Source: Elusimicrobiota bacterium (GTDB taxonomy: Bacteria; Elusimicrobiota; Elusimicrobia; F11). Taken from it: 64,000 nt of DNA. The notes below the pieces were generated by a model, which did no database searches, was not told where the DNA came from, and was given only the letters and a program-made list of their open reading frames with translations. A program made the position numbers and the translations under genes. Where the stretch lies: assembly GCA_044221725.1 (NCBI GenBank), contig JBGAON010000001.1, positions 480,001-544,000 of the forward strand. The letters are read 5' to 3'. Of the stretch, positions 56,295-64,000 are shown piece by piece; the stretch's first letter is position 1; every line of letters begins with the position of its first letter.

Positions 56295-58186
56295 AACAAG
56301 TGTTTTCGTGGATTCGTTGGAAATACGTGGTTCCGCTTACAATTGCGCTGGCGGCCATTATTGTTTTCTTTGTGATATTTTTTGATCCGCTGCTCGCGCG
56401 TGGCATCGAAAAATTTGGCAGTCAAGCAAACGGCGCCAAAATCGATGTCACCGGACTAAAAACAAAATTGTTTGCGGGTCGCATCGCTATCGCGAACGTG
56501 CAGGTCGCGAACCCCGATCGCCCGATGGAAAATCGCGTCGAAGCGGGGCCTCTCGCCTTTCAAATCGATTTGTCGGAACTGATCGGCCGCCGCGTGATCA
56601 TTAACGATGCCACGTTAAAGGGTTTGACGTTCGACACAAAACGGAAGACGTCCGGCGCGTTACCAAAGCGTCTCGCGAACGCAGCCAACAAACAGGAAGA
56701 GCCGAGCGCCGCTCAAAAGCTCGCCGAAAAATACAAAGACCGATTCAAGCTCAATCTCGAAGGAATAAAGGACACTGCCAAAGAGCGCGTTGATTTTGAT
56801 GCGAAGGATTTGGCGATCACCAAGCAATCCGACGCGCTGAAGACGCGCGTGCAAACGTTGCCCGCCGAATGGCAGAAGCGCACGCAAGATTTGAACGTGG
56901 ACGCGCGTCTTAAAAAGGCCGAAGACGATCTGAAATCGATTCGTGAAACACCAACAAAAGGATCCGAAGCAATTACGGCCATCCCGGCGTCGCTAAAGAA
57001 ACTGGAAGGCGTAAAAAAAGATTTGGACGCGTTGAAGCACGATGTTGACGCCGCGAAAAACGACGTGCAGAACCAGTCGAAGGAATTGAAAGCGGGTGTT
57101 GCCGGTCTTGCCGATGCAAAAAAGAAAGACATGGACGACTTGATGGCGCGCTTCAATCTTGATTTTGCGAGCCCCGAGCGGATGGTGGAGGGAATTATTG
57201 GGCCGATGGTTCTCGAGCGGTTCCGAACCGTTTTTCATTATGTTCAACTCGCGCGAAAATACATGCCGTCGAAAAAGGTCAAAGAAGTGTTGCCGCCAAA
57301 GCCGCGCGCTTCCGGAATGGACATCGAATTCCCACATGCCGCTACGCCGCCGACCTTTTGGCTGCAGCAGGCGGCGCTCGAGGGGGCTTACGAGTCGGTT
57401 GCCGCATCGGGGGGAATGTCGAATTTGAGCACGGATCAGGCGCGCGTCGGCAAGCCATTCAAATTAAACTTCTCCGGGCAGCAAAATGCGCAGAAATACA
57501 GCGCGCAAGCGACGTTTGACCACGTGACCGACGTGAACAAAGACAGCGTCGTTTTGGAAGCGACCGGACTTGATATAAAGAAATTGGTTCCGTTAACGGA
57601 CAATGCTGGCGTCGATTTTTCGAACGGAGCGGCCCATGCCGATTTGGCGATAAATTTAATCGGCGACCAAAACATCGGTGGGCAACTCAACCTTGCGTTC
57701 ACGGGCATCACGTTCGATCGGGCTTCGTTGCTTCAAAAAGTTGGTGTGACCGATGCGCCGAATCTCACTGGCGGAGATAAACTAAAAGCGGATTTCATGC
57801 GAAACGTCGCGACCGCCGTGGAAGCGATGAAAAGCGTTTCTGTCACCGGGCAAATTACGGGCACCTGGAGCGATCCGAACTTGAAAATTACCTCGAACAT
57901 GGGGCCGGCGATTGCAGGGGCATTAAAAAATTCGGTTGGAAGTCTCGTCGCTGTTCAACGCCAACAACTCGAGGCAAAACTAAGCTCTGTTCTGGCCGAG
58001 CAACAGAAAAGTTTGAGCGCGAAAATTTCCGGCATCGACGCCGGGGCGAACGGCCAGCTCTCCGGTTATCAAAAGCAAATTGAACAAAAAATTGCGGAAG
58101 CGACCGGCATCAACCTTTCCGGCGGTAACGCCAGTCCTGTGCCGGGGGTAAAAGTGCCGGGCCTCGACAAACTGTTTAAAAAGTAA
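56291..58186 (+). CDS. TIGR03545-family (AsmA-like) protein
   Basis: IRWK N-terminal anchor, GAKID, QVANPD.PM.N, R.TSGAL, coiled coil, G.DIEF. Confidence 0.8.
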   Translation: MKQVFSWIRWKYVVPLTIALAAIIVFFVIFFDPLLARGIEKFGSQANGAKIDVTGLKTKLFAGRIAIANVQVANPDRPMENRVEAGPLAFQIDLSELIGRRVIINDATLKGLTFDTKRKTSGALPKRLANAANKQEEPSAAQKLAEKYKDRFKLNLEGIKDTAKERVDFDAKDLAITKQSDALKTRVQTLPAEWQKRTQDLNVDARLKKAEDDLKSIRETPTKGSEAITAIPASLKKLEGVKKDLDALKHDVDAAKNDVQNQSKELKAGVAGLADAKKKDMDDLMARFNLDFASPERMVEGIIGPMVLERFRTVFHYVQLARKYMPSKKVKEVLPPKPRASGMDIEFPHAATPPTFWLQQAALEGAYESVAASGGMSNLSTDQARVGKPFKLNFSGQQNAQKYSAQATFDHVTDVNKDSVVLEATGLDIKKLVPLTDNAGVDFSNGAAHADLAINLIGDQNIGGQLNLAFTGITFDRASLLQKVGVTDAPNLTGGDKLKADFMRNVATAVEAMKSVSVTGQITGTWSDPNLKITSNMGPAIAGALKNSVGSLVAVQRQQLEAKLSSVLAEQQKSLSAKISGIDAGANGQLSGYQKQIEQKIAEATGINLSGGNASPVPGVKVPGLDKLFKK

Positions 58187-58229
58187 ACCTCCCTGGTAAC
58201 ACCATGCTAAGGCCGGTATCCTTAGCTCT

Positions 58230-59420
58230 ATGGAAAAAGCAGCAGCGCCCGCCACCTTTCGTTCAAGCAGTTTGCCTCCCGCGCTTGCAAAGTTGCTTGA
58301 GAACGCGGTCATTAACCGAGCGGTGGAAGTGCTCATTGAACGTGAAGTAACGCACGCGCGCATTCGTCAGCGCATCCGCGGCGTGCTCATTACCGATAAT
58401 CGCAATGCTTTGAGCGCGCTCGACATGAACGAGATTTTTGAGTTTGTCGCGAAACTGGGAGAGCAAAAATCGGAAGACGGGCTTCGCTGGGCCGCTGGTC
58501 AGTTGACGCTATCGATTGCGAAAGACGAGTATTCGTGTCGCTTTTTGCTGAGCGAAACAAAGAACTTTGGTCTGTTAACCATCCATCTCACAAAGAACTC
58601 CGAAAAGGCATTTAATCCGACCGCGTGGGGAATGGGGCCCAATCAGGCAACGATTCTCGAGAATTTTCTCGCTCGTGCGCACGGATTGGTTCTTTTTTGT
58701 GGTACCGAAACCGACGATTTGGCATCGACACTGCAGGCGGTAACCAAACAACTGCTGACGCCCGATCGCCACGTGATAAATGTATCGGCACGCTCGCAGG
58801 CGTGGTTGTCGGCGGTTGAACAACTGGTATCCAATAACAACACCGATTCGTTTACCCGATATTTGAAATTGGCTTTTCGACATGAACCGGATCTCGTCAT
58901 TGCAAATCCGGTGGAGACAAAAGCACACGTGGACATCTGTTTGTCCGAAGCGGTTCGAGGCCGGTTGGTTTTCGCGCAACTCTTTGCCACGGACGCCGCC
59001 GACGCGTTGTTGCAATTTCTCGGCATGGGCGTTGAACCCTATCTCGTTGGTGCGGGCTTGCTTGGAATTGTGGCCCAGCGAACGCTGCGGCTCAACTGCC
59101 AATCGTGCCAAGACAAAGAGGTCGTTCCGCGAGACCGATTGAAAGAACTTAATATTCCGATTGGCATGCAGCCCGCCGCGTTTTTTCACGGAAAGGGCTG
59201 CGAAGCGTGCTTTAAAACCGGTTTCGATCGCGAGACGAGTATTTTTGAAGTGCTCGAGATGTCCGACGAGCTTCGGAACAAATTGCAGCGCGACATGAAA
59301 TCGGAAGCGCTGCGGCAAATCATCAAATCAAACGGTCTCATGACCCTTCGTCAAATGGCGCTTCACAAAGCTATTAACGGACAGACTTCGCTTAGCGAAG
59401 TGCTTCGCGTTACCACTTAG
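58230..59420 (+). CDS. GspE/PilB-like secretion ATPase homologue with degenerate catalytic motifs
   Basis: C-terminal half clearly PilB-like (MGVEPYLV, AQR, CxxC...GCxxC..TG, FEVL, TSLSEVLRVT) but Walker A reads GTETDDLAST. Confidence 0.8.
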   Translation: MEKAAAPATFRSSSLPPALAKLLENAVINRAVEVLIEREVTHARIRQRIRGVLITDNRNALSALDMNEIFEFVAKLGEQKSEDGLRWAAGQLTLSIAKDEYSCRFLLSETKNFGLLTIHLTKNSEKAFNPTAWGMGPNQATILENFLARAHGLVLFCGTETDDLASTLQAVTKQLLTPDRHVINVSARSQAWLSAVEQLVSNNNTDSFTRYLKLAFRHEPDLVIANPVETKAHVDICLSEAVRGRLVFAQLFATDAADALLQFLGMGVEPYLVGAGLLGIVAQRTLRLNCQSCQDKEVVPRDRLKELNIPIGMQPAAFFHGKGCEACFKTGFDRETSIFEVLEMSDELRNKLQRDMKSEALRQIIKSNGLMTLRQMALHKAINGQTSLSEVLRVTT

Positions 59421-59491
59421 CGGATATCCTTTATGATCCCGCCCTCCTCTCCCGACTGTACGATGTGGGAGGAAAATGGAAGAATCGGCGT

Positions 59492-60967
59492 GTGCTTAAA
59501 AACAAGCAACTGACGTTTTTCTTGCTGTTTTCTGCTGTCTTTCTCTCCGTTGGCACTCGCGCGAGTGCCGCCCCCTATTTTTCAAAAGAATCCGGAGTCC
59601 GCATCGCGAGCGGCACGCCGCAGGCAATTGTTTTTTCAACCGCGGGCGCGTACCGAATGTATGTGGTTCGTGATTTTCAAGTTCACACCGCGACGAGTTC
59701 CGATGGGCTTGTGTGGGGCGAAGAATCCGGAATTCGGTTGTCTTCAAATACGAATCCTTCGCTGGGCGTAAGCTCCATCACCGCTTTCTCGGTTCTGCCG
59801 CTCGCCTCCGGAGGCTTTCGATCGATCTATACCGCGCAAGATTCCTCCGGATCTTACCGCGTTTGTTCGGCCACGTCCTCGGATGGAATGTCGTGGGCGA
59901 ACGAACTGAGCACGCCGATTGTTGCCGGTTCGACCGGTGTGTTTATGGGTTCGCCGCGACTCCTCACGGTTCCGGGCGGCGACTGGCGACTGTATCTTGC
60001 GAGAAATACCGACGGTGGTTCAAATCCGATGAATCGCCAGGTGTACACGAGTTTATCGACGGACGAAGGCGTCACGTGGTCATCGCCGACCGTGGTTCTT
60101 GCGTCACAGGTGGGCGAGATTTGTGTCAGCACATTGACGAACGCAAAGGTGCGGATATTTTATTCGGCGCCGCTGACGTCGGACACCACGTACTCGCAGG
60201 TGTTGAGCGGATTATCGTCCAATAGCAGCGGCGATAGTTTTTCGGCGGAGTCCGGCGTGCGGCTTGCCACGGCTGCCGCGAGCGGCAGCATTTCTTTTCC
60301 GCTGGTCGTTCGTTCAACGGAAGCGTTCCGTTGGCGCATGTATTACGCATTCACGGCCGCTGGTTCGTCGACGCCACAGATTTTTAGCGCCCTCACGACC
60401 ACCTGCGACGTGCAATCGTTAACACCCAACGCCGTTAATCGAACGGATCCGGTCGCCGCCTTTACGATTAAGGGGGAAGTGTTTTCTCCGAACGCCACGG
60501 TCAAACTCATTCGCACGGGCCAGAGCGACATTGTCGGAACGTCCGTTTCGCGCACGGACGATCAGACCATTACCGCGACCTTTAACACGATGAATCAGGA
60601 TCTCGGTGCGTGGGCGCTTGTCGTGACAAACGAAGATGGCCTTGGCTCAACGCTCACGAACGCTTTGATAGTGACGTTTGCTGGAGGCGAAGTTGTGCTC
60701 ACGGACAATTTGCTTCGCCCGCTTTCGAACGCGCGCACGCGGATCGATATGAATATTTTTGAGATAGGCCGGTTGCACGTGGCTGTGTACACGTTGCAGG
60801 GGCGGTTGATTCGCACCGTTTTCGATCAAGACGGCACGATTGGAACGAACACAGCGTACTGGGACGGTCGCACCGATGACGGAGCGATTGTGGCCAGTGG
60901 TGTGTATGTTCTGAAAATTTCCGGACCAAAGCTTGATCAGATGGAAAAAGTGGTGGTGATTAAGTGA
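59492..60967 (+). CDS. Secreted BNR/Asp-box repeat protein with Ig-like and FlgD-like C-terminal domains
   Basis: Signal peptide; ATSSDGxxW twice and STDEGVTW; C-terminal YWDGRTDDGAIVASGVYVL; start uncertain (59465 or 59492). Confidence 0.8.
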   Translation: MLKNKQLTFFLLFSAVFLSVGTRASAAPYFSKESGVRIASGTPQAIVFSTAGAYRMYVVRDFQVHTATSSDGLVWGEESGIRLSSNTNPSLGVSSITAFSVLPLASGGFRSIYTAQDSSGSYRVCSATSSDGMSWANELSTPIVAGSTGVFMGSPRLLTVPGGDWRLYLARNTDGGSNPMNRQVYTSLSTDEGVTWSSPTVVLASQVGEICVSTLTNAKVRIFYSAPLTSDTTYSQVLSGLSSNSSGDSFSAESGVRLATAAASGSISFPLVVRSTEAFRWRMYYAFTAAGSSTPQIFSALTTTCDVQSLTPNAVNRTDPVAAFTIKGEVFSPNATVKLIRTGQSDIVGTSVSRTDDQTITATFNTMNQDLGAWALVVTNEDGLGSTLTNALIVTFAGGEVVLTDNLLRPLSNARTRIDMNIFEIGRLHVAVYTLQGRLIRTVFDQDGTIGTNTAYWDGRTDDGAIVASGVYVLKISGPKLDQMEKVVVIK

Positions 60968-61944
60968 GGCGCGTGTTTCTTGTAGCGGTGGGATCCTGCT
61001 TCGCTGCGTCCCACGTGTGGGCTGCCGCCGGGCTCACGTCCGGCGAAATTTTGCGTCGCACGCTGCCAGCGAAACCGGCGGGGTTTGGGGAAGCCTATGT
61101 CGGAATGTCGGGAGACATCGACAGCATTCAATTTAATCCGGGGGCCATGGCACGGCTTGAACATCCGTCCATTTCAACGACGTATCAGCATGGATTTGTC
61201 GAGGACAATTTCGGTTCACTTGAATATGCGCATCCGCTGCCGTTTGGAAGCGTGTACATGGGTGGCAGCTATTTCGATGCGGGCACGATCGACATCAATC
61301 AATCCGATGGAACTCAAGGAACGCGCCGCGCGGAGCAAGATATGCTGGGCGTGATTGGTGTGGCGGTTGGCAAAAATTTCCCGGTGTCGGCGGGGATTAA
61401 TGGGAAATTTTTTCGCTCGGATCTGGCGGAGACGGCGCAAGCAACCGGTTCGGCCTTGGACGCTGGTGTGCACTGGAGAACGCCTGTTTATGGTCTTGGT
61501 TTTGGTGCGGCCGTCCAGAATGTTGGTTCCGATCTACAATACGAGAACGCAGGAGATCCGCTTCCGCGAACATTCCGGTTTGGGATTTCGTATGTGATGG
61601 ACTTGCAAGAAATGAAAGTTCTTAAAACGTTCCCCTACACGTTTCATGTGCTCGTTGATGGTGTGAATACGAAGGACGAGCAAACCGGTGTTCATGCGGG
61701 ATTGGAAGTGGCGCGACGGCTCGCGATGTTTGACACCGAAGGCAGCGCGGCGTTGCGCGGCGGTTACCGGTCCGACGCGAAAAGCGGCGACGTGGGAATC
61801 GGCTTTGTTATCGGAAACTTCAGCATCGATTACGCTATTCACCTGATCAACGATTTGGATCCATCTCACCGTGTGACGCTCGGTTACCGGTTCCTGCCCA
61901 AAGCAAAAAAATCCTTGGAATCAAAAAGTTTAGGCGGCTTTTAG
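60964..61944 (+). CDS. PorV/PorQ-like outer-membrane protein
   Basis: GFGEAY, FNPG, ALDAG, VQNVG, PLP..FRFG, LRGGY, IDYA, HRVTLGYRF; GTGA coupling to the upstream gene. Confidence 0.78.
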   Translation: MRRVFLVAVGSCFAASHVWAAAGLTSGEILRRTLPAKPAGFGEAYVGMSGDIDSIQFNPGAMARLEHPSISTTYQHGFVEDNFGSLEYAHPLPFGSVYMGGSYFDAGTIDINQSDGTQGTRRAEQDMLGVIGVAVGKNFPVSAGINGKFFRSDLAETAQATGSALDAGVHWRTPVYGLGFGAAVQNVGSDLQYENAGDPLPRTFRFGISYVMDLQEMKVLKTFPYTFHVLVDGVNTKDEQTGVHAGLEVARRLAMFDTEGSAALRGGYRSDAKSGDVGIGFVIGNFSIDYAIHLINDLDPSHRVTLGYRFLPKAKKSLESKSLGGF

Positions 61945-63999
61945 CGCCGCCGTCTGCGATCGGAAGGATTTGCGGACTGTCGGTAAAATGTCCTGCGGAT
62001 TTGCCAAAAATTCGGTGATATCTTCTTTCGTCGGCACGTGCTGTTCAATATCCCAATCGTTCCATTCAAACCTGTAATTTTCATAGAGCAGATTCTTTCG
62101 AGCCATGCTGGATTTGGGCGTTATTTTCGGATCCGTGCTTGGTTCAAAATATTCCCACAGCCAGTAGTAAATGGAATCTTCAATAGAAACGTCGTTCTCC
62201 CATTGCTGAAGAGATCGATATCCGGCTTTCAGCATTCCTAAAGGATCAAGCCCGGGCGCCGCGATCTCAAGAATGTGGTGAATCGCCCGAGCCGCCTCAT
62301 GAGACTCGATGGATACATGGTTGTTGTATTGAACGGTGTGGTGGTGTTCCGCCGAGCGAACGGTTTGAAGAAAGGGCCCGACTTTAATCCCCAATAGGCG
62401 AGAGAGCCAGATGGTAAGCAAATCGGCCATTCGTTCGTGCAAGATTTCGAGAAGAAAAAGATCACTGGACAGACCAAAATAATAAAGAAAATTGTGGCCC
62501 ATCTCATGAGCAATGGTTTGCAGGAACAGAGTCCCAGGGTTGGGATCTTCTTCAAAGAACAATATTCCAAAATGAAAATTGGACATCGCCATTCTCGAAT
62601 TCGGGAAAATGCGCATCGTTTCTATACGTTTAAATATTGTGCGAATCAAAGCAGCGTCGTTCGCTCCCTGGTACGGTACCAACAAAATAAAAACGGCGGT
62701 CACTATCATCTTTGCTTCTTCATCAATGAGCAGCATATCGCCAAAAAAGTTTTCCGCCCACGTTGGGTCCTCGATTATTTTTCGTAGCTGCCGAAACGCT
62801 GGTTTTCGCAGCATCGTCAAGATTGGCCCATACTTTGCTTCGTCAAAATGAAATCGCACATAGATGAAAAACGCGTAAAGGCGCAGCGCATCCTCGTGTT
62901 GGCCATTCGAAAGTATTTTGAGAATGTGTTTCTCGTCGATTGAAGCGTCCCGCACAAACGCCAACGATCTCCTGAGCCGTACACTTTCATCGTCCCCGGC
63001 CAAATCCACAATGTGTTTTAAATTTCCCACGAGCCCCCATTCGAGGAAGACGGCCAGCGTCGCCCATGTTTCAAACTTTATTTCGGCGGGCGTGTCGGAT
63101 TGATCTGAAAGTTCGATCAAGTGGCTTGATATCCGCACGGCTACCGGACGAAGGTTGTCGTCGTTTGTCTCCATTACCCGCCGAGCAAGTTTGCGCAAAA
63201 CTGACAAATAGTACTGAAACAGTTCGAGTGGTGTGTTGGGTGTTGATTTGCTGAGCAACCACTGCGCAAATGGCCCAATGAGTTCCGGCCAATGTTCGGC
63301 TCGCGCTAAATTCGATATTCGCTCGACGGCCTCTCCGACGGCTTCGATCGTTGTCGAAGGGCTTTCGACATGATCCAGGATGTCGACGACCTCGCTTGGC
63401 GTCACCCCTTTGGCGATCGAACTCGCATCGGGCGTAGCGACCAGTGCTTGCGTCAAAGCCGTCCGAACATAATGATTCTTCGGTTTCTTGGATTTGTAGT
63501 TATCCACAATTCTGCGTGCCACCGCACCCGTACGGTCAGCCTTTGCAAGAAACGCAAGTGCATTGAGGGGCCGTTCTCGTTCAAACAGCGCTTCGTTGTA
63601 AAGTCGAAGCAGAATTTTCTTTGTTGATACCGATGCCGCTCGCGTTCGCTCAAGGTGCTTTGGGAAATTTTTTTGGAAGTAAAGCCGATTCGGGCGATTT
63701 CTCATTCTGTACAAGCCAGGAATCGCATCAAGATCTCTGATCTTTTCCGCCTCAATGTATATAGGGTCCGCCGATTGTTTCCGAATTTCCGTAAGAATCG
63801 TGTCGACGATTCTTACGGTTTCTTCGGGCGGAAACTCTTTGGCGACATGCGCAATTCTTTCGAGAGCGACCAACAGGTCCAATTTGGAATTGTAGGAGAG
63901 AACTGTTGGAATGCCGGTATAAACCTGGTCAAACAGAGACACGAGTATTCGTCTATTAAAAACGCCGAGCGAACCAAGGACGAGCTCGCTCTCGTTTGG
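61930..63999 (-). CDS. C-terminal part of a large protein with a helical-repeat region and a zincin HExxH motif (5' end outside the window)
   Basis: Frame stays open from 63942 to the window edge (PNESELVLGSLGVFNRRILV...); TIAHEMGHNF followed by LHERMADL. Confidence 0.75.
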   Translation of the reverse strand, partial: PNESELVLGSLGVFNRRILVSLFDQVYTGIPTVLSYNSKLDLLVALERIAHVAKEFPPEETVRIVDTILTEIRKQSADPIYIEAEKIRDLDAIPGLYRMRNRPNRLYFQKNFPKHLERTRAASVSTKKILLRLYNEALFERERPLNALAFLAKADRTGAVARRIVDNYKSKKPKNHYVRTALTQALVATPDASSIAKGVTPSEVVDILDHVESPSTTIEAVGEAVERISNLARAEHWPELIGPFAQWLLSKSTPNTPLELFQYYLSVLRKLARRVMETNDDNLRPVAVRISSHLIELSDQSDTPAEIKFETWATLAVFLEWGLVGNLKHIVDLAGDDESVRLRRSLAFVRDASIDEKHILKILSNGQHEDALRLYAFFIYVRFHFDEAKYGPILTMLRKPAFRQLRKIIEDPTWAENFFGDMLLIDEEAKMIVTAVFILLVPYQGANDAALIRTIFKRIETMRIFPNSRMAMSNFHFGILFFEEDPNPGTLFLQTIAHEMGHNFLYYFGLSSDLFLLEILHERMADLLTIWLSRLLGIKVGPFLQTVRSAEHHHTVQYNNHVSIESHEAARAIHHILEIAAPGLDPLGMLKAGYRSLQQWENDVSIEDSIYYWLWEYFEPSTDPKITPKSSMARKNLLYENYRFEWNDWDIEQHVPTKEDITEFLANPQDILPTVRKSFRSQTAALKAA

Positions 64000-64000
64000 T

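Overview
Bacterial chromosomal window with a diderm envelope. The gene content (PorV/PorQ-like barrels paired with FlgD/T9SS-type C-terminal domains, TIGR03545/TIGR03546, giant multi-domain proteins) suggests Elusimicrobiota or a related lineage; this is inference only. About 1-23 kb is housekeeping: rimI-like, TPR protein, ispE, tRNA-Gln, glmU, prs, rplY, pth, dnaE, accA, fbaB, pfk, rlmD, pcrA, gatCA. Where gatB would normally follow there is a 2306-aa giant protein with a signal peptide, a Tiki/TraB/ChaN-like N-terminal domain, two intact and one degenerate CPBP (CAAX type II) intramembrane-protease-like modules, and an embedded sigma-70-like domain. This is the best candidate for an undescribed system: a possibly self-processing polyprotein carrying a sigma factor. 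Further along are uppP, a MoxR-DUF58-transglutaminase operon, an iterated MITE-like element beside an orphan WapI-like gene, mutS-mutL, an N-acyl amino acid synthase/two-component/PorV-cargo island, a degenerate PilB-like ATPase, a second PorV-cargo pair, and the C-terminus of a probable second giant protein with an HExxH motif. Two families of small palindromic elements are scattered throughout. Several sit in frame inside genes, and four sit just after a start codon that overlaps the upstream stop; three of these four create short 'bridge' ORFs. All family assignments come from motif recognition by eye, not database searches.
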